DNA of 64,000 bases from an uncultured delta proteobacterium (GTDB lineage: Bacteria; Desulfobacterota; Binatia; HRBIN30; BPIQ01): assembly GCA_963761335.1 (NCBI GenBank), contig CAVXGR010000016.1, positions 64,001-128,000 on the forward strand. Reading direction: 5' to 3'. The notes under the pieces were generated by a model. It did not search any database and was not told the DNA's origin. It was given only the letters and a program-made list of their open reading frames with translations. This document shows positions 22,445 to 32,267 of this stretch, piece after piece (position 1 is the stretch's first letter; each line of letters opens with the position of its first letter). A program made the position numbers and the translations under genes.

Positions 22445-23194
22445 ATGCAGATCAAGCTGACGCTGGAGTACGAGGGGACCGCCTACCACGGCTGGCAGGT
22501 GCAGCCGAACGGACTGGTGACCGTTCAGGGGGTTCTCGAGGCTGCCGCCGCCCAGATGCTCGGGCATCCGGTGCGCATGGTGGCCGCCGGACGAACCGAT
22601 ACGGGTGTGCATGCGGCGGCACAGGTGGTCTGCTTTCGCACCGAACGGCGGCTCGATCCGGCGGTGGCGCAGCGCGCCCTCAATGCGCTGACGCCGGACG
22701 ACATCGCCGTGCACCGCGCCGAGGTGGTCGACGACGGCTTTCATCCGCGCTACGGGGCGCGCGGTCGCAGCTACGTCTATCGCATCTGCAATCGGCGTGT
22801 GCCGAGTGTCTTCTGGCGGCGATACGCCTGGCACGTGCCGCTGCCGCTCGATCGCGAGGCGATGGCGAGAGCCGCGCCGGCCCTCGCTGGCGAGCACGAC
22901 TTCAGCTCATTTCAGGCGGCCGGGTGCCAGGCGAAGAACCCCGTGCGCGTAGTGCGCCGCAGCGAGCTGAGCGAAGAGGATGGGCTGCTCGTCTACACCG
23001 TCGAGGCGACCGCCTTCTTGCGGCACATGGTGCGCAACATCGTCGGCACATTGGTCGAGGTCGGCCGCGGCGAACGGGCCGCCGAAAGCATGGAAGACCT
23101 GCTGCGGGCGCGGGATCGAACCCGGGCCGGAGCCACAGCGCCGGCGCACGGGCTCTGTCTGTTGAATGTCAGCTATGCGGAGGCGGGTCGGTGA
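22445..23194 (+). CDS. truA: tRNA pseudouridine(38-40) synthase
   Basis: YEGTAYHGWQ, AGRTDTGVHA, GEHDFSSF, FLRHMVRNIVG, TAPAHGL. Confidence 0.97.
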   Translation: MQIKLTLEYEGTAYHGWQVQPNGLVTVQGVLEAAAAQMLGHPVRMVAAGRTDTGVHAAAQVVCFRTERRLDPAVAQRALNALTPDDIAVHRAEVVDDGFHPRYGARGRSYVYRICNRRVPSVFWRRYAWHVPLPLDREAMARAAPALAGEHDFSSFQAAGCQAKNPVRVVRRSELSEEDGLLVYTVEATAFLRHMVRNIVGTLVEVGRGERAAESMEDLLRARDRTRAGATAPAHGLCLLNVSYAEAGR

Positions 23195-23216
23195 CTCGGT
23201 GGGTCGGTGACTCGGT
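23185..23216 (+). repeat. 16-bp tandem direct repeat (GGGTCGGTGACTCGGT x2) across the truA stop
   Basis: Exact copies at 23185-23200 and 23201-23216. Confidence 0.85.
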
Positions 23217-23367
23217 GGGCGATTTTGCGATTTGTGTGCGGCGATGGGGCTACCTGCACGCTCAGCCTAGATCAGCGCCCCGGAGGGGCGCTGGCAGCTG
23301 GCCCCGATAGCTCGTTGGCACGCTGCGATGGTCGCGCCCACGAGTGCTGTGCATGCAGCACATCCGT

Positions 23368-23427
23368 CGCCCTCAAGGGACGCGTGCCCCCCGCGCCCCT
23401 TGAGGGGGCGCGGGGATCTTGAGGGCG
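23368..23427. terminator. Nested GC-rich inverted repeat between convergent genes; probable terminator
   Basis: CGCCCTCAAG (23368-77)/CTTGAGGGCG (23418-27) encloses CCCCGCGCCCC (23389-99)/GGGGCGCGGGG (23405-15). Confidence 0.5.
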
Positions 23428-23445
23428 CGGGTCGAGAAGCCCCGG

Positions 23446-24507
23446 CTAGAAGATGTAGGAGACGCCGATTCCCAGCCCCCAGTCCATGGCCTCATTGGTG
23501 ATACCGGCGAGGCCGACAGGGCGGATGGTGATGTTCTTCGAGTAGTTGTAGTCGATTCCGGGCATCACGGTGACATCGTCGAGGGTGGTCGGGGCGATGC
23601 CTTGGAGGTCGCAGACGTGTCCGCCTGCGGTGACCTGGCAGGTCATGCTGACCGGATTGTTCTGGTGGGGGTAGTCGAAATGCCGCCCGGTCAGCTCGAC
23701 GCGGAAGGCGTAATTCCGATTGAGGCGGCCCAGGGCATAGGCACTCCAGTAGCCGACGTTTTGGACCGACTCCATGTTGAACTGATAGCCGCCCGTACCT
23801 CCCACGGCCCAGCGGCCGCCGGTGTAGCGGAAGCCGGCGAACGGCAGCACGCCCCACTCGCCGGTGCCGAGGCGCTTCTTCTCCTGACCGGTGGGCGCCC
23901 GCAGCTCGACACCGCCACCGATGTCGAGCTTTTCGGTGACCGGGAACTTGTACTTGCCGTAGAGCGAGGTGTCGCCGAAGTCGTTGTTGTTCTCGTTGAC
24001 GGTGAGGATCGACCTCTTCTCCGCCTCGGGAACCATGTTGGCCGGCGTGGCGAGAATGGCATCCGTGTTGGCGAAGCTGAGGCCCTGGAGAATTCCCTGC
24101 ACGTCGAAGCCGACCTCAGCATTCTTGAAGATGCCGTAGCTGCCGACCAGATCGAGCGTGCCGCCGCTCACCTCGACGAGGTCGTCGCGTCGCTCGAGCC
24201 GATCCGAATCACCGGCGGGGAAGCCGCGGATGATCAGCTGCGGCGAGAAGCGCTGAAAGGTCTGGAACCCAGTCGTTCCGGAGAGAGGCGCCACCACGGG
24301 CCTGTTGTTGGTGTCGTCGTGGAGAATCATGCCGCGGACTTCCAGGCGAAACTGCCCAGGCTGCACCGTGGCCGTCTCATAGTTGTAGTTGCGAAACAGC
24401 CGGTCGTTGTCGGTGATCTTGTACTCCTCCTGTGCCCAAGCGGGCGCGGCCAGGCTGAGTAGCGTCAGGCTCACACCAATCCACCTTGCAACTCGTGCAC
24501 CTCGCAT
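23446..24507 (-). CDS. Putative outer-membrane beta-barrel (MetA-pathway/CoxB-like transporter)
   Basis: Signal peptide (APAWA|QEE), alternating aromatic strands, FGDTSLYGKYKF and ELRAPTG..LGTG motifs, C-terminal GIGVSYIF beta-signal. Confidence 0.65.
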   Translation of the reverse strand: MRGARVARWIGVSLTLLSLAAPAWAQEEYKITDNDRLFRNYNYETATVQPGQFRLEVRGMILHDDTNNRPVVAPLSGTTGFQTFQRFSPQLIIRGFPAGDSDRLERRDDLVEVSGGTLDLVGSYGIFKNAEVGFDVQGILQGLSFANTDAILATPANMVPEAEKRSILTVNENNNDFGDTSLYGKYKFPVTEKLDIGGGVELRAPTGQEKKRLGTGEWGVLPFAGFRYTGGRWAVGGTGGYQFNMESVQNVGYWSAYALGRLNRNYAFRVELTGRHFDYPHQNNPVSMTCQVTAGGHVCDLQGIAPTTLDDVTVMPGIDYNYSKNITIRPVGLAGITNEAMDWGLGIGVSYIF

Positions 24508-24569
24508 CTTCTCCCTCCTCTCCCGGTACCCCCTTTGTGGAAACCTCTGACCGGGGACCTCGGCGGCGG

Positions 24570-24599
24570 ATGCTACGCTTTTGGCGATTGGATTGTCAA
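24570..24599 (-). promoter_or_regulatory. Sigma70-type promoter for the barrel gene
   Basis: Minus strand: TTGACA (24599-24594), 18 nt, TAGCAT (24575-24570). Confidence 0.55.
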
Positions 24600-24638
24600 G
24601 AAAAATGCCGGGTCAAAAATAGCTCGTCTGGAGCCGCT

Positions 24639-26390
24639 TTAGGCCGACGATCGAGAAGAAGAGCGGCGTCTTTCGCGCTCGCCCTGCGGCTCGGTCGAGG
24701 CCACCAGGCGGCGGGCGAAGCGAGCCGCCTCCGCGTCGTCTTCGCCGCCGAGCATGCGGGTCAGCTCCGCGACCCGCTCCTCGGCACCGAGGGGGCGCGC
24801 CAGAGAGACGGTGCGCCCGCCACGGCTCTGTTTCTGCACCGCAAAGTGGTGCGCGGCGCGGGCCGCGATCTGGGGCAGGTGCGTGATGCACAGGACCTGA
24901 CGGGCGGTGCCGAGGGCGCGCAGGCGCTCGCCGACGGCATCGGCGATGCGACCGCCGATACCGGCGTCGACCTCGTCGAAGATCATCGAGGGGACATCGC
25001 CGGTGCCGGCGGTCAGCACCTTCAAAGCCAGCATGATCCGCGACAGCTCGCCGCCCGAGGCGATGCGGGCCAGCGGCTTGAGCGGCTCACCGGCATTGGC
25101 GGAGAGCAGAAACTCGACCTCATCGGCACCGTTCTCTGCCAGGCGGGTGTTGCCGGCGCGCAGCGGCTCTGCCGGATCGCAGGCCGAGGGCACGGCGTCG
25201 GCCGCGAAGGCGACCGAGATGCGGGCGTCCTTCATGCCCAGGGCGCGGAGCTCCCGGACCACGTCGCGCTCCAGACGCTTGGCGGCGGCCCGGCGGCGTT
25301 GTGACAGCTCGCCGGCCGCCGTCCACGCCGCCGCCGCGCACTCCAGGACCTCGCGTGCGAGGGCGTCGGCACCGGCGCCGCCGTCTTCGATGCCGCGCAG
25401 CTCGACCACCGAGGCGTCGCGAGTGGCGATGGCGCTCTGCAGTGATCCGCCGTACTTGCGCTTCAGGCGGCCGAGCAGGGCGAGGCGCTCGTCCACCGTT
25501 TCGAGGCGGGCCGGGTCGAAGGACAGGCGCTCGCCGTAGCTGCGCAGGCGATCGGCCACCTCCTCTACCTGAGACAGAGCGCTCTCCAGCAGCTCGGCGG
25601 GCTCGGCGAGGGAGCTGTCGACGCGGCTGATGTCGCGCAGCCGCACCGCGACCCGCGACAGCCGCCCGGCGACGGTGTCGTCGCCGGAATAGAGCGCTTC
25701 CTCTCCCTGGGCGCAGGTCTGCAGCAGGCGCTCGGCATTGACCAGCACCTCGCGCTCGCGACGCAGATGCTCGTCCTCCTCGTCTTCTTCCAGCGCCGCG
25801 GCCTCCAGCTCCTGCAGCTGAAAGCGAATCAGCTCCTCGCGCTCGGCGGCGCTCTGCTGCCGGCGTCGCAGCTCCTCGAGCTGCGCCAGCCGCTCGGCGA
25901 GCCGGCGATACGTCTCGCGCATGGCATCGCGCTCGGCGGCGTGACCGGCGTAGGCGTCGAGCAGCTGCAGGTGACTCTCTGGGCGCAGCAGCGTGCCCTG
26001 CTCGTGCTGTCCATAGATCTGGATCAGGTGGCGGCCGATCTGCTCGAGAACGGCGAGATTGGCCAGGGAGCCGTTGACGTAGACGCGGTTCTTGCCGCTG
26101 CGGCTGAGCGTGCGGCGCACCAGGAGATCCTCCACGGCAGGCAGGCCCGCTTCCTCGAGGGCGCGGATCTCTGCGGCGCCGAGATCGAAGAGCCCTTCCA
26201 CGGTGGCCTCCTCCGACTCGGAGCGGATGAGATCGCTCGAGGCGCGCGCGCCGCACAGCATGTCGATCGCCTGCATGATGATCGACTTGCCGGCGCCGGT
26301 CTCACCGGTGAGGACATTGAAGCCGGAGGCGAACTCCAGCGAGAGCGAATCGATCAGCGCGAAGTCGCGAACCTGAAGCTGACGCAGCAT
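24639..26390 (-). CDS. recN: DNA repair protein RecN
   Basis: LTGETGAGKS, IYGQHE, ASGGELSRIML, IFDEVDAGIGG, ITHLPQIAA; ATG at 26390. Confidence 0.96.
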   Translation of the reverse strand: MLRQLQVRDFALIDSLSLEFASGFNVLTGETGAGKSIIMQAIDMLCGARASSDLIRSESEEATVEGLFDLGAAEIRALEEAGLPAVEDLLVRRTLSRSGKNRVYVNGSLANLAVLEQIGRHLIQIYGQHEQGTLLRPESHLQLLDAYAGHAAERDAMRETYRRLAERLAQLEELRRRQQSAAEREELIRFQLQELEAAALEEDEEDEHLRREREVLVNAERLLQTCAQGEEALYSGDDTVAGRLSRVAVRLRDISRVDSSLAEPAELLESALSQVEEVADRLRSYGERLSFDPARLETVDERLALLGRLKRKYGGSLQSAIATRDASVVELRGIEDGGAGADALAREVLECAAAAWTAAGELSQRRRAAAKRLERDVVRELRALGMKDARISVAFAADAVPSACDPAEPLRAGNTRLAENGADEVEFLLSANAGEPLKPLARIASGGELSRIMLALKVLTAGTGDVPSMIFDEVDAGIGGRIADAVGERLRALGTARQVLCITHLPQIAARAAHHFAVQKQSRGGRTVSLARPLGAEERVAELTRMLGGEDDAEAARFARRLVASTEPQGERERRRSSSRSSA

Positions 26391-26407
26391 GGTCCGACCG
26401 CCGCGTC

Positions 26408-27259
26408 CTAGCGGGCTCCCCAGCGCAGCTTGCTGCGCAGCACGCTGAAGTAGCTGCGCCCGGGCGCCCGAACCAGCGGAACGGTCACTGCGGCTCGGCA
26501 CACCTCGAGGACATCGTCGCGGCGCATGGCCATCGATTCCTGGCCATCAAAGGTGACCAGCACCTCCTGGTCCTCCGTGGGCAGGGCGACGACGCGCACG
26601 GTGGCGTCGCCGGAGACCACCATCGGCCGGTTGGTCAAGGTGTGCGGACAGATCGGGGAGAGGATCACCACGTCGATCGAGGGGTGAACGATGGGTCCGC
26701 CGGCGGAGAGCGAGTACGCGGTCGAGCCGGTCGGGGTGGCGAGAATCAGGCCGTCGGCCTTGTAGGTGCAGACCTCCTCGCCGTCGATCCACGTCTTCAG
26801 GTCGATCATGCGGGACAGGGCCGCCTTGGCGACCACCACCTCGTTCAGAACCAGCCACGTCGGCGACGCGGCGCTCTGCAGGCGCGCCTGCAGCATCATG
26901 CGCCGATCGAGCTCGTAGTCGCCGTCGAGGACGCGTGAGAGCAGCGGCAGGACCTCGTCCACGGTGACCGAGGTGAGGAAGCCGAGGCCGCCCAGGTTGA
27001 CCCCGAGGATGGGCACCGGTCGCTGGCGCAGCTGGCGGACGACGCTGAGCAGGGTGCCGTCGCCGCCGAGAACGACGACCAGATCCGCGGTTTCCACCAG
27101 CTCCGGTTTGCTCAAGCCGGAGGCGACTCCGAGCGCCGTCGCGGCTTCGTCCTCGACCACCGCTTCGAGCTTTCGCTCCTGCAACCAGCGCACCAGGCTC
27201 CGGCCGAGCTCGATCGCCTGGGACCGCCCGCGCTTGACGACAATGCCAACCCGGCGCAT
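26408..27259 (-). CDS. nadK: NAD kinase
   Basis: GGDGTLL, GVNLGGLGFL, NE, ADGLILATPTGSTAYSLSAGGP. Confidence 0.96.
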   Translation of the reverse strand: MRRVGIVVKRGRSQAIELGRSLVRWLQERKLEAVVEDEAATALGVASGLSKPELVETADLVVVLGGDGTLLSVVRQLRQRPVPILGVNLGGLGFLTSVTVDEVLPLLSRVLDGDYELDRRMMLQARLQSAASPTWLVLNEVVVAKAALSRMIDLKTWIDGEEVCTYKADGLILATPTGSTAYSLSAGGPIVHPSIDVVILSPICPHTLTNRPMVVSGDATVRVVALPTEDQEVLVTFDGQESMAMRRDDVLEVCRAAVTVPLVRAPGRSYFSVLRSKLRWGAR

Positions 27260-27372
27260 GCGTGGGCACGCTAGCACGAACCCTGGTGCGGCGACATAGC
27301 CGTTGCCTGCCTGTCGCCAACGGTTGCGTTGCCGCCCCCAGGGCGGAACAATGGCGTCCGGAGGACATCCGG

Positions 27373-27906
27373 GTGGCCAAGCGCTTCTCGTATCTCTTGC
27401 TCTGTGGCGCGGCCCTGCTGCCGCTCGCCTGCATGCGGCCGCCGGAGCTTCTTCAGGGCGGACCGTTCATCCCAGTTTCGGTGGCGCAGGCGCAGCAGGG
27501 AAAGGTCGCCGGCGAGCGGGTCCGCTGGGGCGGAAAGATCGTGAGTGTCGAGCCGGGAAAGGGGCAGACCTGCATGGAGGTCGTCTCCCTGCCCCTGGAC
27601 GAGCAGGCACGGCCGCTCCGCAGCGATCAATCAGAGGGCCGCTTCCTCGCCTGTGCGGGCCAGTTCCTCGATCCGGCGGTGTACTCGGCCGGGCGCGAGG
27701 TCACGGTGATCGGCTCGTTGCAGCCGCCGGAGGTGCGCAAGATCGGCGATTACGAGTACCGCTATCCAAAGGTGCTCGCCGAGCGCATTTATCTCTGGCC
27801 GGAGCGACAGCCGCCTCGCGAAATCTACTACGCGCCCTGGGGGGACCCGTTCTGGGATCCGTTCTGGGGGCCGCCGCGCTTCCGCTACTGGCCGTACTGG
27901 TACTGA
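27373..27906 (+). CDS. Slp-family outer-membrane lipoprotein
   Basis: Lipobox PLAC; VRWGGKIV, GRFLA...FLDPAVY..GREVTVIG, YRYP..IYLWP. Confidence 0.85.
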   Translation: MAKRFSYLLLCGAALLPLACMRPPELLQGGPFIPVSVAQAQQGKVAGERVRWGGKIVSVEPGKGQTCMEVVSLPLDEQARPLRSDQSEGRFLACAGQFLDPAVYSAGREVTVIGSLQPPEVRKIGDYEYRYPKVLAERIYLWPERQPPREIYYAPWGDPFWDPFWGPPRFRYWPYWY

Positions 27907-27967
27907 CCGCGCGTACTGACCGCGCCGTCTTGGTGAGGGCGGGGCGGGCGTGCTAGAGCGGGCGTGA

Positions 27968-29323
27968 ATGCCGAGAAATCCGCGACCCGCATCCCGTAGC
28001 GGCAATCTCTTCGCCGCCGAGGAGGAGCAGGCTCGAGCCGCCGCCGCGCCGCTGGCGGAACGCATGCGCCCGCGCCATCTGCAGGAGTTCGTCGGCCAGG
28101 CGCAGCTGGTCGGTCCGGGGCGGCTGCTGCGCGATATGCTCGAGACCGGGCGGCTGCACTCGCTGATCCTCTGGGGGCCGCCGGGCAGCGGCAAGACGAC
28201 GTTGGCGCTGCTGGTGGCGCGCTCGACGCAGGCGCGCTTCGTGCACTTCTCGGCGGTGGTGTCGGGGGTGCGCGAGCTGCGCGAGATCGTCGCCGAGGCG
28301 GAGATGGAGCTGCGCGCCAACAAGCGGCAGACGATCCTCTTCGTCGACGAGATTCACCGCTTTAACAAGGCGCAGCAGGACGCCTTCCTGCCTCACGTGG
28401 AGGCGGGGACGGTGGTTCTCATCGGCGCGACCACCGAGAACCCGTCCTTCGAGGTGATTGCGCCGCTGCTGTCGCGCGCCTCCGTGCTGGTGTTGCAGCC
28501 GCTCTCGGCGGAGGAAGTTGCCGGGGTCATCGATCGCGCTCTGCTCGACGACGAGCGCGGTCTCGGCAAGCGCAAGCTGACGCTCGAGCCGCCGGCGCGG
28601 GAGTTTCTCGCGGCCCACGCTCGCGGCGATGCCCGCGTGGCGCTGAACGTCCTCGAGGTGGCCGCCGAGGTGGCGGCGCGCCGCGACAAGTCGGACATCG
28701 ACCTGCCCATGGTGGAGGAGGCGGCCCAGCACCGCGCCCTGCTCTACGACAAGAGCGGCGACGAGCACTACAACGTCATCTCCGCCTTCATCAAGAGCCT
28801 GCGGGGCGGTGATCCCGACGCCGCGGTGTACTGGATGATGCGGATGCTCGAGGCCGGCGAGGACCCGCTGTTCATCGCCCGCCGAATGATCATCTTCGCC
28901 GCTGAGGACGTCGGCAACGCCGATCCGCGGGCCCTGCAGGTGGCGGTCGCTGCCAAGGACGCCTTTCATTTCGTCGGCCTTCCGGAAGGCCGGATCCCGC
29001 TCAGCCAGGCGGCGACCTACCTCGCCTCGGCCCCGAAGTCGAATGCCTCCTACAAGGCGATGCTGGCCGCGGCCGCGGACGTGCAGGAGCACGGTCCATT
29101 GCCGGTGCCGCTGCATCTCCGCAACGCGCCGACACCCCTGATGAAGGGGCTCGGCTACGGGCGCGGCTACAAGTACGCTCATGACTACGAGGGGCACGTG
29201 GTGGGCCAGCAGCATCTGCCCGACCGGCTGCGCGAGCAACGCTATTACCAGCCCAGCGACAGCGGCGAGGAGCGGCAGATCGCCGAGCGCCTGGCCGAGT
29301 GGCGCCGCAAGACGCGCTCGTAG
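27968..29323 (+). CDS. rarA: Replication-associated recombination protein A (RarA/MgsA)
   Basis: PLAERMRP, WGPPGSGKTT, DEIHRFNKAQQD, ISAFIKSLRG, PKSNA, VPLHLRNA. Confidence 0.96.
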   Translation: MPRNPRPASRSGNLFAAEEEQARAAAAPLAERMRPRHLQEFVGQAQLVGPGRLLRDMLETGRLHSLILWGPPGSGKTTLALLVARSTQARFVHFSAVVSGVRELREIVAEAEMELRANKRQTILFVDEIHRFNKAQQDAFLPHVEAGTVVLIGATTENPSFEVIAPLLSRASVLVLQPLSAEEVAGVIDRALLDDERGLGKRKLTLEPPAREFLAAHARGDARVALNVLEVAAEVAARRDKSDIDLPMVEEAAQHRALLYDKSGDEHYNVISAFIKSLRGGDPDAAVYWMMRMLEAGEDPLFIARRMIIFAAEDVGNADPRALQVAVAAKDAFHFVGLPEGRIPLSQAATYLASAPKSNASYKAMLAAAADVQEHGPLPVPLHLRNAPTPLMKGLGYGRGYKYAHDYEGHVVGQQHLPDRLREQRYYQPSDSGEERQIAERLAEWRRKTRS

Positions 29324-29334
29324 GGGGACAGGGC

Positions 29335-29412
29335 TGGGGACAGGCTACTTTTGCCAGCGCGGGCGTCGATTGTTGATCTCGACGTTTTGCGGGCAAAAGT
29401 TGCCTGTCCCCA
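29335..29412. repeat. Long imperfect palindrome, REP/REPIN-like
   Basis: TGGGGACAGGCTACTTTTGCC (29335-55) pairs with GGCAAAAGTTGCCTGTCCCCA (29392-412) with one mismatch; inner stem CGTCGA/TCGACG. Confidence 0.75.
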
Positions 29413-29464
29413 AGCTCCCCGTTGCCATTGACGTGGCGGGTCATGCTCGCCACCATGCTTCTCC

Positions 29465-31267
29465 ATGAGCTGCAGCCAGCTTGGGCCGAGAACCGCGGCG
29501 GCTCTGCCGCCGCTCTGCCGGCGGGCGTTCCTCGCCGCCCTTTTCGCCACCGTCGTCTGTACGGCCGGGCCCGTGCGGGCACAGGCTCCGGTGACGCCTT
29601 CCGCGGAAGCCGCCGCAGCATCAGCGGAGCCGACCCCGGTGGACGAGCTCGACCGCGGCACGCCGCGCGGCGCCATGCTCGGCTATCTGGAGTCCTGCCG
29701 TTCGGGTAACTACCAACAGGCGGCGAGATATCTCGACCTGAGCCGCACCCCGAAAGATCGGCGAGACGGCGGGCCCAAGTTGGCGCGCGAGCTCAAGGTC
29801 GTGCTGGACCGGACTCTGTGGATCGAGCCGGACGCCCTGAGCGCCGATTCCGACGGCAATATCGACGACAGTCTCCCCGAGGGGGAGGACCTGGTCGGCA
29901 TCATCAAGGGGACCAAGAGATCCTGGCGCGTGCTGCTCGACCGCGTGCGCGCCGAAGATGGGACGCCGATCTGGAAGATCTCGTCGACCACCGTGACGCA
30001 GATTCCGGCGCTGTACCAGGAGTTCGGCTACGGCCGCTTGGGCGAGTTTCTGCCCGCCCCCTTCTTCGAGTGGCAATTCCTCGAGGTGCAGCTCTGGCAA
30101 TGGCTGGGGCTGGGCCTCCTGATCGTGCTCGCGGCGCTCGGCGGCTGGATCGTTACCGCCGCCGGTCTGCGGATCATCCGCCTGCTCCTGTCGCGGCGCG
30201 CCCGCTGGGCGGAGCGCACCGTCCACATGTCGCGCGGACCGCTGCGGCTGTTCGTGGCGGTGAGCCTCTTTGCCGCCGGAATGTACGCCTTGGCCCTGTC
30301 CGTGCCGGTGCAGCACTTCCTCGGGGCGCTGCAGCGCGGCCTGGCGATCATCGCTCTCGCTTGGCTCGTCATCCGCTTCGCCTACGTCGGTACCGAGTGG
30401 CTGCAGCGCCGCATGGTCATGCGCGGACAGATGATCGCCACCTCCATCGTCCCCCTGGGACGGCGCACGGCGCAGGTCTTCATCATGGGAATGGCGATGC
30501 TGGCGGTGCTGCAGAACTTCGGCATCAACGTCGGCGCCGTTCTCGCCGGTCTCGGTATCGGCGGTCTGGCGGTCGCCTTGGCGGCGCAGAAGACGGTGGA
30601 GAATCTCTTCGGCGGCGTCACCCTGATCTTCGATCAGCCGGTGCGGGTGGGCGATTTCTGTCGCTTCGGCGATCAAGTGGGCACCGTGGAGGCTGTCGGC
30701 CTGCGCTCGACCCGCATCCGCACGCTGGATCGGACCGTGGTCACCATTCCCAATGGCACCTTTGCCGGCATGCAGCTCGAGAACTTCGCGCTGCGGGACC
30801 GCATCTGGCTGCATCCGAGCATCGGCCTGCGTTACGAGACCAGCGCCGACCAGCTGCGTTACGTCCTCATCGAGCTCAAGAAGATGCTGCTGGGCCATCC
30901 CAAGGTCCACCCCGATCCGGCCCGCGTGCGCTTCGTCTCCTTCGGTGACTACTCGCTCAACTTGGAGATCTTCGCCTACGTGCTCACCGCCGACATCAAC
31001 GAGTTCCTCGCGGTGCAGGAGGACATCTTCCTGCGCATCATGGACATCGTCGAGGCGAGCGGTACCGGCTTCGCCTTCCCCTCGCAGACGATCTACGCCG
31101 GCGCCGACACCGGGCTGGATGAGGACAGAACGCGCGCCGCGGAAGAGCAGGTGAAGCAGTGGCGCGCCCAGAACGCGCTCTACCTTCCCAACTTTCCCGC
31201 CGATCAGATTGCGGCGCTGCACGAGTCCCTGGACTACCCGCCCAAGGGATCGCCGGGTGGAAAGTGA
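29465..31267 (+). CDS. MscS-family mechanosensitive channel with an N-terminal periplasmic domain
   Basis: GLGIGGLAVALAAQKTVENLFGG, VGDFC, GLRSTRIRT..TVVTIPN, FAFPSQT. Confidence 0.92.
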   Translation: MSCSQLGPRTAAALPPLCRRAFLAALFATVVCTAGPVRAQAPVTPSAEAAAASAEPTPVDELDRGTPRGAMLGYLESCRSGNYQQAARYLDLSRTPKDRRDGGPKLARELKVVLDRTLWIEPDALSADSDGNIDDSLPEGEDLVGIIKGTKRSWRVLLDRVRAEDGTPIWKISSTTVTQIPALYQEFGYGRLGEFLPAPFFEWQFLEVQLWQWLGLGLLIVLAALGGWIVTAAGLRIIRLLLSRRARWAERTVHMSRGPLRLFVAVSLFAAGMYALALSVPVQHFLGALQRGLAIIALAWLVIRFAYVGTEWLQRRMVMRGQMIATSIVPLGRRTAQVFIMGMAMLAVLQNFGINVGAVLAGLGIGGLAVALAAQKTVENLFGGVTLIFDQPVRVGDFCRFGDQVGTVEAVGLRSTRIRTLDRTVVTIPNGTFAGMQLENFALRDRIWLHPSIGLRYETSADQLRYVLIELKKMLLGHPKVHPDPARVRFVSFGDYSLNLEIFAYVLTADINEFLAVQEDIFLRIMDIVEASGTGFAFPSQTIYAGADTGLDEDRTRAAEEQVKQWRAQNALYLPNFPADQIAALHESLDYPPKGSPGGK

Positions 31268-31276
31268 GTGGCCCGC

Positions 31277-32095
31277 TCAGAGCCAGGCGCTGCTGCGAGT
31301 GTCGCCGAGCCGCCAGTCGAGCATGGCCCGCAGGAAGCGGTGCACCTCGTCGGGACCGGCGACCCAGTAGCGCGCCGCCGTTGGCTCCGGCCCCGGAGCC
31401 ACGCGAATGGTGAGTGAATGCGGGGGCAGCAGCTTGAAGGCGTCCTCGTCCATCTGATCATCGCCGATGTAGATCGGCAGCACCGCGTCGAAGCCGGCGA
31501 GCAAGGCGCAAGCGGTCTTTCCCTTGTTGACGCGCGCCGGGCGGATCTCCGCGACCTCCTGCCCGTACGTCAGGGTGATCGGTGCCCCGCGGCGACGATA
31601 GGCGCGCACCAGCCCGGCCAGCGTCCGCCGCGTCAGCTCGGCGTCTTCGGGGGATGCCAGCCGGTAGTGGCAGGCCACGGTGGCGCCCTTGTCCTCGATG
31701 AGGATGCCGGGGCGATGGCCGAGGGTGCGTTGCATCTCTCGCTTGATGGCCGGGAGGATGGCGCGGATCACGGCGACCCCCTCGGTGATCTGAATCTTGC
31801 CCGCGGGCGGTCCGACCTCGAGCCCGTGGATGCCGACGTAGTGGATGTTGGGAACGTCCAGCAGGCGTCGGATGTCGGTGATCGGCCGGCCGGTGATGAC
31901 GGCGATGTGCACGTTGTCCCACAGCGCCAGCTGCTCCAGCAGCCAGGCCGTTCCGGGAAGCGGCACGGCTTCGGCCGGTGTCGGCGCCAGCGGAGCAAGG
32001 GTGCCGTCGTAGTCGAGAAAGCAGCAGATCCCGGACGCCGCGCCGATGCGGCTCAGGACCTCCCGCTCGCATTCGCGGAGGTGTCGTGCTGCCAT
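31277..32095 (-). CDS. otsB: Trehalose-6-phosphate phosphatase (HAD family)
   Basis: FLDYDGTLAP, ITGR, GIHGLE, EDKG..ACHYR, EIRP..NKG, IGDDQMDEDAF. Confidence 0.88.
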   Translation of the reverse strand: MAARHLRECEREVLSRIGAASGICCFLDYDGTLAPLAPTPAEAVPLPGTAWLLEQLALWDNVHIAVITGRPITDIRRLLDVPNIHYVGIHGLEVGPPAGKIQITEGVAVIRAILPAIKREMQRTLGHRPGILIEDKGATVACHYRLASPEDAELTRRTLAGLVRAYRRRGAPITLTYGQEVAEIRPARVNKGKTACALLAGFDAVLPIYIGDDQMDEDAFKLLPPHSLTIRVAPGPEPTAARYWVAGPDEVHRFLRAMLDWRLGDTRSSAWL

Positions 32096-32267
32096 AGCGC
32101 CAGCTTCGGCGGTCGACCTTAGAGGTTCTTCCCGCCAGCCGCAACCCGGTGGGAGCGCCGCCGTCCCGGCCGCAAGGGGCCGCAAAAGAGCAGAGGCGGC
32201 CGAGCTCGCCGCGCTCCCAGGCCCGGGCGAGATGACAAGCGTCTTCGGCACTGGTATCAACAGGCGA

